From assembly GCA_002778465.1 (NCBI GenBank), contig PFBV01000003.1:239766-303765 (forward strand): a stretch of DNA of 64,000 bases, in the 5' to 3' direction. The position numbers and the translations under genes are program-made. This document shows, piece by piece, positions 20,920 through 31,299 of the stretch. A model generated the notes under the pieces. That model was not told the DNA's origin. It saw only the letters and a program-made list of their open reading frames with translations, and searched no databases. Source of the stretch: Candidatus Magasanikbacteria bacterium CG10_big_fil_rev_8_21_14_0_10_36_32. Its GTDB lineage: Bacteria; Patescibacteriota; Patescibacteriia; Magasanikbacterales; GWA2-37-8. How positions within the stretch are numbered: the first letter of the stretch is position 1; every line of letters begins with the position of its first letter.

Positions 20920-22227
20920 ATGCCTATTAATATACTTTTACTTGCATATCTTGTCTGTTTCATTTTCTTGGCTTGGAAAAATTTTCGTTTAGCTATTGGT
21001 TGGCTTATTTTATGTTTACCAGCTTATCTTATCCGATTTAACTTTGGGCCATTACCCAGTACTTTGTTGGAAATCAATTTTGCCGTAATTTTTATTATTT
21101 GGCTGATACGTTATTTTAAAACAGATTGGTTAAATATTAAATCTACCATAAAACAAAACAAAACAATCTTCGTTTTTGTTGGTTTTTTTTTATTATCAAC
21201 TATTGTCAGTATTTTTTGGGGCGCTTGGGACGACCCGGTTTTCTCTCGTTCAATTTTAAAAGCTACAGGTATTTGGCGCGCTTATTTTTTAGAACCTTTA
21301 TTATTGTTTTTTGTTTTAATTGGACGTAATGGAGACAGTACAACAAATAAATCAAAAATCAAAAGTAATGATTTGGTAAAATTTTTAGTTATTTCTGGTT
21401 TAAGTGTCGGTTTGCTGGCTATTGTTCAAAAAATAACCGGCTATCTTTATTCGCCAAGCTTATGGGATGACGTTTTAAACGGACGAGTAACATCTTTTTT
21501 TACTTCACCAAATGCCATCGGTTTATATTTGTCACCACTAGTAGCACTGTTGGCAATATTATTATTAAAAAGAAAAGAAGAAAAATTTAATTTTCTAAAA
21601 ATCACACTTTATATATTATTGCTATTAATTATTTTAACAGCAATAATTTTCAGTTTTTCACAAGGCGCTTGGGTAGCATTGGGTGTGGCTTTTGTTTTTT
21701 GCGCTATTATTTTTGGTTATAAAAAAATTGCCATATTTACTATTATGACAGCCGTTATTATGGCGTGGACAATTCCTTCACTTAAAGAAGCGGTGACTTT
21801 TAATGATCAAGCGGGGCGCAATCGCTTAGAATTATGGAAATATTCAGCTGAATATTTAACAACTTCACCGACAAATTTTATTTTTGGATCAGGCTTAAGA
21901 CAATTTTTTAATGAAGTACAGAGACCGCACTATGACGTAAAAAAAATGGAACGCCTCATATATCCCCACAACTTACTTTTAAATTTCTGGCTGGAAACAG
22001 GCTTACTTGGAATGATTTCGTTTGTTGGAATTTTAATTTGCGCGAGTTCATTATCTATTCTTCTGTGTAAAAAAAATTTAATGTTAGGTGCGGGTTTTTT
22101 GTTGGCTCTGCTTATTATTTTTATTCATGGCCTGGTTGATGTCCCCTATTTTAAAAATGATTTGTCTATGATATTTTGGATAATTATCGCTTCTATACTA
22201 ATGACCAAAAGTCAGCCTGAAAAATAA
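20920..22227 (+). CDS. O-antigen ligase/polymerase-like (Wzy_C) membrane protein
   Basis: Polytopic membrane protein; PHNLLLNFWLETGLLG resembles the Wzy_C signature. Confidence 0.5.
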   Translation: MPINILLLAYLVCFIFLAWKNFRLAIGWLILCLPAYLIRFNFGPLPSTLLEINFAVIFIIWLIRYFKTDWLNIKSTIKQNKTIFVFVGFFLLSTIVSIFWGAWDDPVFSRSILKATGIWRAYFLEPLLLFFVLIGRNGDSTTNKSKIKSNDLVKFLVISGLSVGLLAIVQKITGYLYSPSLWDDVLNGRVTSFFTSPNAIGLYLSPLVALLAILLLKRKEEKFNFLKITLYILLLLIILTAIIFSFSQGAWVALGVAFVFCAIIFGYKKIAIFTIMTAVIMAWTIPSLKEAVTFNDQAGRNRLELWKYSAEYLTTSPTNFIFGSGLRQFFNEVQRPHYDVKKMERLIYPHNLLLNFWLETGLLGMISFVGILICASSLSILLCKKNLMLGAGFLLALLIIFIHGLVDVPYFKNDLSMIFWIIIASILMTKSQPEK

Positions 22228-22232
22228 TAATT

Positions 22233-22733
22233 ATGTTTTTTTATTATTTTTATTCAATAATTACCGCTCCGGGTGTAGTCATTCACGAATTAAGTCACAC
22301 TATTTTTTGCCTGCTGTCTGGAGTAAAAATATATAAAATAAATCTTTTCAAATTCGGACGAATCGCCGGCTATGTTGTGCACGACGAACCCAAGAAAGTT
22401 TACCAAAGCTTCCTGATTTCTTTCGGACCATTATTTATTAATTCTTTTTTGGCCCTTTGTCTATTTTCACAAATTATTCCTCCTTATTTAAATTTGCTTA
22501 ATATAATTTATTTTTGGCTTGGTGGAGCAATAGCTTTACATGCCATTCCCTCAACTGGCGACGCGCAAGCGCTATTCAAAGCGACTAATCACGGATTTTG
22601 GAAAAATCCAACAGTACTCATCATTTATCCTTTTATTTTGTTGCTTTATATTTTAAATTTTTTTAGACGACTCCATTTAGATATTATTTATTTTATTCTT
22701 TTACTTTGGTTGGGAAATATTTATTTAAAATAA
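22233..22733 (+). CDS. Small membrane protein with HExxH motif (DUF3267-like putative zincin)
   Basis: VVIHELSHTIFCLL followed by TM helices; 5 nt downstream of the Wzy-like gene. Confidence 0.45.
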   Translation: MFFYYFYSIITAPGVVIHELSHTIFCLLSGVKIYKINLFKFGRIAGYVVHDEPKKVYQSFLISFGPLFINSFLALCLFSQIIPPYLNLLNIIYFWLGGAIALHAIPSTGDAQALFKATNHGFWKNPTVLIIYPFILLLYILNFFRRLHLDIIYFILLLWLGNIYLK

Positions 22734-22736
22734 AAC

Positions 22737-22772
22737 CCCCGATTTAAATCGGGGGTTTTATTTTAAATTTTC
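22737..22772. terminator. Bidirectional terminator between the DUF3267-like gene and mgtC
   Basis: AAAACCCCCGA-tttaaa-TCGGGGGTTTT, symmetric hairpin with A/T runs on both sides. Confidence 0.7.
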
Positions 22773-23218
22773 TTGTCTGGCGGCAAATCATGTGAATGAA
22801 TTTTAACCCATCTATTATCATCAATCACAAAAACAATTAAAACTAAAATACTTACTATTACGGCCATCAAATAAAAACCAAGACCAATGGCCATACCAAT
22901 GGCAGCGGATATCCACAAGCCAGCAGCAGTAGTTAAACCAATTGTTCTGTCTTCCCGATGCAAAATTACACCGGCACCCAAAAAACCGATACCGGTAATA
23001 ACTTGAGCGGCAATACGAGCCGGATCTTTATCAAAAGCTAAAACCGACAAAACAGTAAACAAAGTTGAACCTGCGGTCACCAAAGCATAAGTTCGAGTAC
23101 CCGCATCTTTGCCACGTATTCCTCTTTGCCAACCAATAATGCCGCCCAAAATAATTGCGGCCAAAACCTGTCCAATCGGATAAAGTTGCGGTAAAAAACT
23201 TTGAAAATCAAAATCCAT
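22763..23218 (-). CDS. mgtC: MgtC/SapB family protein
   Basis: GGIIGWQRGIRGKDAGTRTYALV signature; 4 TM helices. Confidence 0.85.
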   Translation of the reverse strand: MDFDFQSFLPQLYPIGQVLAAIILGGIIGWQRGIRGKDAGTRTYALVTAGSTLFTVLSVLAFDKDPARIAAQVITGIGFLGAGVILHREDRTIGLTTAAGLWISAAIGMAIGLGFYLMAVIVSILVLIVFVIDDNRWVKIHSHDLPPDKKI

Positions 23219-23338
23219 ATAAAAACAATTAAAAATGATAATTTATATAATTATATAATATAAAAATTATTAAAACAAGAGATAACTGAAAATTGACTTT
23301 TATAAAAAATTATGGTATATTGTTCTCAACTTTTTAAT

Positions 23339-23411
23339 GGGCCGATAGCTCAGCTGGTAGAGCACCGCGTTTGCAACGCGGGGGTCCGGGGTTCGAATCC
23401 CCGTCGGTCCA
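23339..23411 (+). tRNA. tRNA-Ala (anticodon TGC)
   Basis: 73-nt cloverleaf; G3-U70-compatible acceptor; anticodon loop TTTGCAA; promoter TTGACT 23293 / TATATT 23316. Confidence 0.9.
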
Positions 23412-23467
23412 CAAAAATAAAAACCCCGCCTATTTAGTAGGCGGGGTTTAAATTTAAAAAGAACAAA

Positions 23468-25345
23468 TTAGGACATTAAAATACTGGACGGTAGAAGTAA
23501 AGGTTCTGATCGGGGCACATCAAACCCCAACTCACAACATAGATTCTCTGCTTCTATAATCAAATCTTCCAAACTGATTTTAATTCCTTTAACCCAAAAA
23601 TCCAAATTCTCCAAATTTAAACCGAACGGTTTCAATAAATCTGTGGTGGATTTAGAACCGCCGGCTCGCAAAAAATCAAGATACAACGGTTCAAAAGATG
23701 AACCGATAGCCGCGCGTTGAGCATACAAACTACTGGTCAACAAATCAGCAAAGGCATATCCATAAACATAAAATGGCCGATGAAAATGAGGAATGGTTGA
23801 CCATAAATGATTGATGTTTTCATAAGTGAAAACTTCACCTTCTTGACCATAGAGTGATTTGGTGGTCTCAATCCAGATTGAATTAATTTCATGAACAGAC
23901 AACCATCTTCTCGCTCCATGCAATCGTCGTTCAAAATTGGAAAAACCTATTTGGCGAACTATGGTATTGATAGTATCATTGATTCGTTCCATCAACAACT
24001 TCAACAGTCTTTTCTTGTCGCCGCTTTTTACCAATTCTGATTTAAATCTGTCGAAAACAAGCATCTCGCCAAAAGTCGAGGCTGTTTCACAAAGAGCTGT
24101 GGGAGAATGAGACATTAAAGTTCCTTGTGCGGCGCCAGACAATAAACCATGGACTGAATGTCCTAACTCGTGTGCCAAAGTCATCACATCGCGGCCAGAG
24201 CCGCGGTAATTCATTAAAGTAAACGACACGGGATAATTACCCGGCAAAACTGTAGACAAATTAAATGCCCCCGTGTGCTTGTTTGGCATAGCGACAGCAT
24301 CAATTCTTCCATCCTTCAACATAGTCACAACCAATCCAGCCAAAGTCGGAGAAAAATCATTATAGGCAGACACCACCAAATTAAACGCTTGGTTGAAAGA
24401 TATTTTTTTATCCTTACCTTTCAAACAAGAAATTGAGGCGTTGCGATCACTCCAACGAAGTGTTGGAATATTCATCAACAAACCTTTGAGACGATAGTAC
24501 CGCTTCACCAACGGACTGGCAAACATTTTCGTTGCTATATGCAAATTATCAACTACGGCATCAGAAACGCCATTACTTCTGTTTTGAACAGACATTGGAC
24601 TCTGGTAGCCGCGCTCTTTATCTTCAACTGCTTTTTCTCCAACAATAACATTAAGTGTCTGAGCGGAATAAGCGGCAAAAATTTTACCTAACTCATCATT
24701 AATTAATTTCAATGCAAGGGCTCGAACATCGGCACTGTGGTTATTTGATAAAACATAAAACATATCGGCAAGCGTAAGCTGTCTATGACAAAAATCAAAC
24801 TTCAAATTTGCTTCCATTACTCCAAAAAACTCACTCCAGGTTTCCGAACCAAAAGATGAGCGCTTATTCAAAGCAATTTCTACTTCTTCAGAAAGCATAT
24901 GCGATTTTTCAAGACGCATATCATTAATCATTGGCCGATATTTAGCAACAACCGCGTCGATCACGGTCAATTGATCAATTATTTCTTCTTCCATTGACAC
25001 AACTTCAAAATCAAAAAAGGTCAAATATTCACTTGTTGCTTTTTGAAGAACTCGACTTACATTGTTTGATTTTGCAGAAACAGGAGTATCAGAAATATCC
25101 AAATTGTGTTTGAGCGACAAAAAACAATACAACTTGTTAAGCAAACAATTAATTTTGTCATAATCAACCAATGCCAATCCAAGCTTTGTGGAAAGTTGTC
25201 CTTTGTAATCAGTGTAAAAATTTTTCATCATTACTAAAACTAATTGAATATCAGCGTCAATCTGAGAATCATTAATGTCTTTGTAAAAGCAGCCAAGATT
25301 CCACCGCGCTTTTTTAACACCATACTTATCGCTTTTCTTGTCCAT
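23468..25345 (-). CDS. pepF: Oligoendopeptidase F (M3 family)
   Basis: HELGHSVH zinc motif; about 625 aa; AAGGAG SD before ATG at 25345 (an ORF start at 25381 is less likely). Confidence 0.85.
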   Translation of the reverse strand: MDKKSDKYGVKKARWNLGCFYKDINDSQIDADIQLVLVMMKNFYTDYKGQLSTKLGLALVDYDKINCLLNKLYCFLSLKHNLDISDTPVSAKSNNVSRVLQKATSEYLTFFDFEVVSMEEEIIDQLTVIDAVVAKYRPMINDMRLEKSHMLSEEVEIALNKRSSFGSETWSEFFGVMEANLKFDFCHRQLTLADMFYVLSNNHSADVRALALKLINDELGKIFAAYSAQTLNVIVGEKAVEDKERGYQSPMSVQNRSNGVSDAVVDNLHIATKMFASPLVKRYYRLKGLLMNIPTLRWSDRNASISCLKGKDKKISFNQAFNLVVSAYNDFSPTLAGLVVTMLKDGRIDAVAMPNKHTGAFNLSTVLPGNYPVSFTLMNYRGSGRDVMTLAHELGHSVHGLLSGAAQGTLMSHSPTALCETASTFGEMLVFDRFKSELVKSGDKKRLLKLLMERINDTINTIVRQIGFSNFERRLHGARRWLSVHEINSIWIETTKSLYGQEGEVFTYENINHLWSTIPHFHRPFYVYGYAFADLLTSSLYAQRAAIGSSFEPLYLDFLRAGGSKSTTDLLKPFGLNLENLDFWVKGIKISLEDLIIEAENLCCELGFDVPRSEPLLLPSSILMS

Positions 25346-25494
25346 CTTTTTTATTCTCCTTGTTTGTGGATTTTTGAACATCCTAAATTGTAAGGAACAT
25401 ACCTAATTTTCTTTATCATCCGACAAAAACATAACTTTGTCAAGCGGGGTTGACATTTCTTAAAATTTCATTTATAATTAAAACGTTAAAAATC

Positions 25495-25566
25495 GCCGAG
25501 GTAGCTCAGTGGTAGAGCGAAGGACTGAAAATCCTTGCGTCGCGAGTTCAATCCTCGCCCTCGGCA
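25495..25566 (+). tRNA. tRNA-Phe (anticodon GAA)
   Basis: 72-nt cloverleaf; anticodon loop CTGAAAA; promoter TTGACA 25450 / TATAAT 25473. Confidence 0.9.
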
Positions 25567-25644
25567 CAAAAATCCTAAACTCTAAACATTAAACTCCAAA
25601 CTTGCTTTGAGACTTGAGAATTGGGGTTTAGGATTTTTTATATC

Positions 25645-25718
25645 CGGGGTGTAGCTCAGTTGGCTAGAGCGCCTGCTTTGGGAGCAGGAGGCCGCAGGTT
25701 CAAGTCCTGTCACCCCGA
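25645..25718 (+). tRNA. tRNA-Pro (anticodon TGG)
   Basis: CGGGGTG...CACCCCG acceptor; anticodon loop TTTGGGA; terminator hairpin after. Confidence 0.85.
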
Positions 25719-25917
25719 CAAAAAACAGCGAACTTGTTTCGCTGTTTTATCTTAATACTTAAAATAAATAGCTACTTTATTTAAATTTAATAAATAAGCC
25801 GATTTTGCTATTTTTTAAAAATCAATATAACCTAATTTTCTATTGACTTTTTATTATGTTAATTGTACTATTCAATTTACAATTAATCAGAATATATTTC
25901 TATAATAAACTTTATTT

Positions 25918-26721
25918 ATGGGCATAAAAGAATTTTTTTACGATAATGTTAGGTATCAAATTGATAACACCAAAACAGTTGGAAATGGCGGAGATATTGA
26001 CGAAACCACATTTACCATTTTTGTTGACAAGGGGGTGCCTGAAAAATTTTTAGAGGGTATTGCCGTACATGAAATTGAAGAAAGAAAGTTATTAAAAAAA
26101 GGACATAGCTATGTTTTTTCACATAATGAGGCGCAAAAAAAAGAAGCGGAATTTTATGAAAAAATTTACGGAAAAGATAGTGGTGTAAAAGTTTTGGGTG
26201 AAGAAGAAAAGGTTATTTTAACAATCACTCATCGTCGCAGTGTTTCAAAAAAATCAAAAATAATTTCTCAGGAATTGGAAAATGTTCCACCTCCGGCACG
26301 GCCAATTATTGATATTGATAATATTTTACAAGTAATTTTTGATAACAAGAGATACATTATAGATAATACTGAGCGACTAATCGGTACTCTGGTTGATATT
26401 TATGAAAAAGGCGACGGCGGCACTATCTATATTGATCGTGATGTGCCGGAAAGATTTTACGAAGGATTGATGTTAAGTGAATTAGTAACCAGAAAATCTT
26501 TAAAAAAAGGATTGAGTTGGAGAGAAGCCAACGCAGAAGGAAATAAAGCTGAAGAAGAATATTTAGTAAGCGAATATGGCGCTCAGGAAGGAAAAGAATT
26601 AATCGCCGATGAAATGAATTTTCAAGCTTGGAAATTTGCAACAGAAAAAAAAGAATTCAATCTGCCTGATGGAACCGGACATAAAGTTATTTACGAAAAA
26701 GATGAAATCCTGCCAAAATAA
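25918..26721 (+). CDS. Hypothetical protein with internal tandem duplication of a ~90-aa domain
   Basis: Repeat 1 (YDNVRYQIDNT...VPEKFLEGI) and repeat 2 (FDNKRYIIDNT...VPERFYEGL) align along their length. Confidence 0.5.
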   Translation: MGIKEFFYDNVRYQIDNTKTVGNGGDIDETTFTIFVDKGVPEKFLEGIAVHEIEERKLLKKGHSYVFSHNEAQKKEAEFYEKIYGKDSGVKVLGEEEKVILTITHRRSVSKKSKIISQELENVPPPARPIIDIDNILQVIFDNKRYIIDNTERLIGTLVDIYEKGDGGTIYIDRDVPERFYEGLMLSELVTRKSLKKGLSWREANAEGNKAEEEYLVSEYGAQEGKELIADEMNFQAWKFATEKKEFNLPDGTGHKVIYEKDEILPK

Positions 26722-26724
26722 TTA

Positions 26725-29706
26725 TCAAACTTTACGTTTAAACACGGCGCCCAATACTAGGGCGCCTGTTTTTTTGGCAACAGTTTTAAGTACAGTTCCT
26801 TTTGCTCGACCAATAAAGCCTAATAATAAAGCGGTTAAACCGCCAATGGTGGCGGTCAAATAGTTTTCCGCATTTTTTTTCGGAATAACATCCGCTGCTG
26901 CCAACACTTCTTTTTTAATTAAATCTTCCGACATACCGATTAATTGAATATCGCCGGTACTTCGAGGCCAAAGTTGAAAATCTCCACTTTTTTCTTCTAA
27001 AATTCCAACCACAGACACATTCATTCCTTCTTGAAATTGTTTTTTATTTATCTTGGCGCCTTGTTTAAAATAAATCATAATTTCATCCTGTCCATCATCA
27101 ACATACATACCACTAGTTTTTATTTCCGTAATTTCTCCGGAAATTTTTATCAAACTGCCCAATTTTTCTTCCTGTAAATCTGACAAAATACACGGTTGCG
27201 AATCTAAAAATTTTTCTAATTCTAACACATCAATCATTTCGCTATTCGTTATTTTAATTCGTTTGATGTTTTGATTTACAGAAATTTCTCCGCTCACTTC
27301 AATAAAATCACCAATTTTTAACGGGGGAAAATCTTTTTTATAATTATAAACTTGAATTCCGCCATTTTCATCTCCTAAATAAAAAAATTGAACACCAAAA
27401 ACTCCCGGTAAAACAGTGACTGTTCCGCGTGTTATAATTTTTTCTCCACCATCTAACAAACGCGCTTCGGTTAAAGTGGAAAAATTTTCAATTCCGTCAC
27501 TTAAATAATTACCGCCATCGGACAATTCTTCATCCGATTGATTAATTTGGCCTGGGGTAATATATATTGTCCATTGCCATTCATCCGCAAACACCGAATA
27601 ACTCTTTCCGGATGGGCTGGTGCCAAATTTAATCAAATCAACCGTTTGTGAATCACGAGTCAACAATTCAATTTTATCCCCCTGATTGTTTAAACTGAAA
27701 CGAGTAACTGCGCGGTCAAAAACCAAATAACTATCCGCATTTATTTTTGTGCTTACCGGAAAAATATATTCTTGACCATTTTGACGACGTAAACGCCAGC
27801 CAGACAAATCAATTACTGATTCTCCTGAATTATAAATTTCAACAAACTCTTTTAAATCATCTCCTGCGGGATTTGATAAAATTTCTGAAATAATTATGCC
27901 TGTATTGTTTGCTGACAAACCTCGTCCAATGATAACTTCTATAATTTTGGAAGCACCGCTGCCGTTGGTGCTAGTGGCTGAAATTAAAATTGCAAACACG
28001 CCGGAAGTGCTAAACACTCTTTCTACCTCTCCGCCAAACAAAATTTCTCCATCACCAAAATTCCAAACAAAATTTAACTCTCCCCCACGTCTGTCAAATG
28101 AATCTTCGGCGTCAAAAATCAACATCTCACCAATCTCTCCGCCCGCAGGCGCATTTATTTTTAAAATTATTTCATTATCAATTTGAATAATTTCATTTTC
28201 TGTTCCGGACGTCGGCTTACTTGACCACAACCACTTTCCCTCTATATTGCGGCAATAACTTTCGCTTTCTTTGGCTCGATCATATTCAATCGCATCAATT
28301 GTCTCATTTTTTTCATTATACAATTTAACTGTTTCTTTGGTTGTGTTATTTAAAGAAATTTTTGTCAGACTTCTTGGCCAAGAAACTATTTGTTGCGGAA
28401 AAATAATTCCAGAAAGACTAAAAGTTTGTACCGCATCGCCAATTTTCCAACCACTTAAGTCAATCATTGAATTAGAAATATTTTTAATTTCTATAAATTC
28501 CCCAACAACATCAGGTCCGGACGGATTCGGAAAAATTTCATTAATTACCACACCATAACTAATTCTGTCTGATGTTTCAAAAACTGCCGGTAATGTCTGA
28601 ACCTGTGAATCTGAGGCGCCACCACTTCCACTGGATGACTGGTGGGTAATTACAGGTAATACAATCACATTAACTGCGCCAGGAGTTAATTGCGTGGTAA
28701 TTGACCAGTCCGCCGGACTGTCAGAATCAACTCCATCAATTTTTCTGCCCAAAGCTTGATTTTTATTTGGTAACAAATCAGCGCCATAATCTATTCTATC
28801 AACAATCTCTCCGGATAAATTTCTTAAAACCACACTGTCGCCATCATTGTTCAAATAACTATTGCCGGCTAAATCAATCAAAAACCAACCGCCAGAAAAT
28901 ATTGTTCCGGAAATATTTTTACAAGTTGAGGTGCTTTCCCGTGAATCACAAATCAATCCACCGGTTAAATTTAAACTACTGGTAGACAGATTATATAACT
29001 CTACCCACTCATTTCCAGACTCTGGATTAGAAACAAATTCATTTATCTTTATTTGTGGCCAAATAATTAACGGGTTTGCGAATTCAACCAGTATATCAGA
29101 AACTGATTCTACCGGTTCTTCCGGAGTGGTAGTGGCAATTCCAATGGTGGAAGTATTATTGTTAATTATTTCATCAGTATAAACACTATTAATAAAACCA
29201 ACGGTGTTGCCAGACAAATGTTCCTGCCAATTAGAATTGTCATAAATTAACAAATATGGATTTTTTCTTTCCAAAGAAAAATTAATCGCGGAAACATAAG
29301 AAAACTGTTCAATAAAATTATTTTCAGAGTCTTTAATTCCAATTTCTTCTCCGCTCTCATTTAAACCGCTCCAGGAAGAATCAAATATTGAACCGCTAAA
29401 AGACGGAAAATCAACCAAAAACTGATTCGCATCCTGACAAATTACGGCGTATTCACCAGAATCAATAATACTATCAGTGGTGCTGACACTCAAACCGTGA
29501 TTAGTGTTATTTTCCCAAAATTTCCAGCCGGATAAATCTACTGAATCAGAACCCTTGTTCCAAATTTCAATCCATTCATGCGTACTGGTTGCGTAAGCGC
29601 CAATTTCATTAATAATAATATCCGAATTGGCTGACCAACAAAATTTTGCAAAAATAAAAAAACTGCCCACCATTACAGCTGTCAGCAGTTTTTTTATTTT
29701 AACCAC
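26725..29706 (-). CDS. Large secreted/surface protein with multiple lamin-tail (LTD) domains and a PKD-like domain
   Basis: Signal peptide; four repeats of INEI...EWIEI/ELYN...IDLSGW LTD signature; C-terminal hydrophobic anchor. Confidence 0.75.
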   Translation of the reverse strand: MVKIKKLLTAVMVGSFFIFAKFCWSANSDIIINEIGAYATSTHEWIEIWNKGSDSVDLSGWKFWENNTNHGLSVSTTDSIIDSGEYAVICQDANQFLVDFPSFSGSIFDSSWSGLNESGEEIGIKDSENNFIEQFSYVSAINFSLERKNPYLLIYDNSNWQEHLSGNTVGFINSVYTDEIINNNTSTIGIATTTPEEPVESVSDILVEFANPLIIWPQIKINEFVSNPESGNEWVELYNLSTSSLNLTGGLICDSRESTSTCKNISGTIFSGGWFLIDLAGNSYLNNDGDSVVLRNLSGEIVDRIDYGADLLPNKNQALGRKIDGVDSDSPADWSITTQLTPGAVNVIVLPVITHQSSSGSGGASDSQVQTLPAVFETSDRISYGVVINEIFPNPSGPDVVGEFIEIKNISNSMIDLSGWKIGDAVQTFSLSGIIFPQQIVSWPRSLTKISLNNTTKETVKLYNEKNETIDAIEYDRAKESESYCRNIEGKWLWSSKPTSGTENEIIQIDNEIILKINAPAGGEIGEMLIFDAEDSFDRRGGELNFVWNFGDGEILFGGEVERVFSTSGVFAILISATSTNGSGASKIIEVIIGRGLSANNTGIIISEILSNPAGDDLKEFVEIYNSGESVIDLSGWRLRRQNGQEYIFPVSTKINADSYLVFDRAVTRFSLNNQGDKIELLTRDSQTVDLIKFGTSPSGKSYSVFADEWQWTIYITPGQINQSDEELSDGGNYLSDGIENFSTLTEARLLDGGEKIITRGTVTVLPGVFGVQFFYLGDENGGIQVYNYKKDFPPLKIGDFIEVSGEISVNQNIKRIKITNSEMIDVLELEKFLDSQPCILSDLQEEKLGSLIKISGEITEIKTSGMYVDDGQDEIMIYFKQGAKINKKQFQEGMNVSVVGILEEKSGDFQLWPRSTGDIQLIGMSEDLIKKEVLAAADVIPKKNAENYLTATIGGLTALLLGFIGRAKGTVLKTVAKKTGALVLGAVFKRKV

Positions 29707-29809
29707 AAATTTAAATCAGCATTTTAATTGCCGATATTATAACAGCAAAAAAATAAAAAGCAAGATAATGGGGTGGATAAGTTTATTGAAAATAACACGC
29801 CAAAAAAAC

Positions 29810-29992
29810 TTACTGTTTTAAAGTTTTAATAATGGCGATAGTTAAGGTTGTTACAAAACCAATAATCAAAACAATAGAGGCGATAAAAGAAATCATCTCA
29901 TTAATACCAAACCATCGGGCGAAAGCGGTATGCATAATATATGCTTCCACTGATAAGCCCAAAAGTAAAAATGCTGTTTTATACATATACAA
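29810..29992 (-). CDS. Possible small membrane protein (60 aa)
   Basis: Hydrophobic ORF only; no strong SD. Confidence 0.25.
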   Translation of the reverse strand: MYMYKTAFLLLGLSVEAYIMHTAFARWFGINEMISFIASIVLIIGFVTTLTIAIIKTLKQ

Positions 29993-30014
29993 TATTATTA
30001 TTAAAAAATTTTAA

Positions 30015-30902
30015 TTATGGTTGTAAAATATCATCAACACGACCATTGACTGAAATTATTACTTCCTTAACGGTTGAAAATTGTTTTAGAGTTTCAATAA
30101 TTTGAGCGCGGATGGCCGTCACACGACACGAACCGCCCACTTGAAATTCAATCTCATCATCAAAATCAATTTTTAAAATTCCATTGTTTAAATCCAAACT
30201 ATTAATTTTTACTCCACTGTTGATATTGGTAAAAAATCCATTATTTTTTTCTTCCTCGGTTACGCCTTTTAACAATTCTTCCATACTGGCGTTAGCAACC
30301 GCTTCTGTTTTTTTAATTTTCCTTTCAACTGGAAAAACTTTATTACAGGAAAATTCCGGATCCATTTTGTTATTGTTAAAAAAAACTTTTATTGTTTGTC
30401 CGAATTTAACCGGGTAAGATTCAGATTTATTATTTTTCGGCAAATCAGACGGATTGTCATTTTTCAAAACCAAGGTGCCAGTTGTGGTGTTTGGAATTTT
30501 AAAATCTATTATTCCTTTGAAAAGAACAGGGTTAGACGTCATCCATTCTTCTTGCGCTTGCAACGACGCAACCGCTATTTGCAAACCATTGGCATCATAA
30601 AGTTCAGCAATAGCATTAGCCTCAAAATACCAATCCCCGGGCATTATTCCTTCTAAAATCAACGGACTAACAAGAAATTCATTAAAAGCTGGCTTGATTA
30701 ATTTAGTTGCATAAATTTCTCCGCAACTTTCACTGGGCATTGGCGTAGTCGGTTGTCCATGTTTAACCCATTGGTTTTCAACGCAAATCCACGAATCTTC
30801 ATCTCCACCAACAACAAACCTCGATATCAGTACCACCAACCCAACTATGGTTAAAAAAATTATAAAAAATAATATCTTTTTCATATATACATTATACCTC
30901 AA
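30015..30902 (-). CDS. GerMN-domain protein with Gmad2-like Ig domain (membrane-anchored)
   Basis: N-terminal signal anchor; C-terminal GGSCRVTAIRAQIIETLKQF typical of the GerMN domain. Confidence 0.55.
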   Translation of the reverse strand: MRYNVYMKKILFFIIFLTIVGLVVLISRFVVGGDEDSWICVENQWVKHGQPTTPMPSESCGEIYATKLIKPAFNEFLVSPLILEGIMPGDWYFEANAIAELYDANGLQIAVASLQAQEEWMTSNPVLFKGIIDFKIPNTTTGTLVLKNDNPSDLPKNNKSESYPVKFGQTIKVFFNNNKMDPEFSCNKVFPVERKIKKTEAVANASMEELLKGVTEEEKNNGFFTNINSGVKINSLDLNNGILKIDFDDEIEFQVGGSCRVTAIRAQIIETLKQFSTVKEVIISVNGRVDDILQP

Positions 30903-31299
30903 AACTATCTTTTCTTCTACTTTTCTTTTTTAAAGATGATTTTGTTTTGCCTTCCAATCTTTTAATCTTGGAGGCTTTGGTGGGTTTGGTTAGTAAACGT
31001 TTTTTTCTTGGTTTTAAAATTTTATTTATCAATCTATTTAATCTTTCAACTGTTTTGGTTTTATTCTGAAATTGCGAACGTTCTTCTTCAGAACTGATTA
31101 TTATTTCATCATTTTTATTCAATTGATTATGAAAGCTGGCGCGAATTATTTCTTTCTGATCCAACGAAAAAATTGCCGACTGCCCGACAGACCAACGCAA
31201 CTGAACTTTACTTGATGTTTTATTAACTTTTTGTCCACCCGGTCCGGATGAACGAATAAAATCAAATTTTAATTCATTGTCAGGGATAGAAAAAATCAT
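30892..31299 (-). CDS. arfB: Alternative ribosome-rescue factor ArfB (peptidyl-tRNA hydrolase, GGQ domain)
   Basis: SSGPGGQKVNKTSSKVQLRW GGQ motif; basic C-terminal tail; 135 aa. Confidence 0.85.
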   Translation of the reverse strand: MIFSIPDNELKFDFIRSSGPGGQKVNKTSSKVQLRWSVGQSAIFSLDQKEIIRASFHNQLNKNDEIIISSEEERSQFQNKTKTVERLNRLINKILKPRKKRLLTKPTKASKIKRLEGKTKSSLKKKSRRKDSFEV

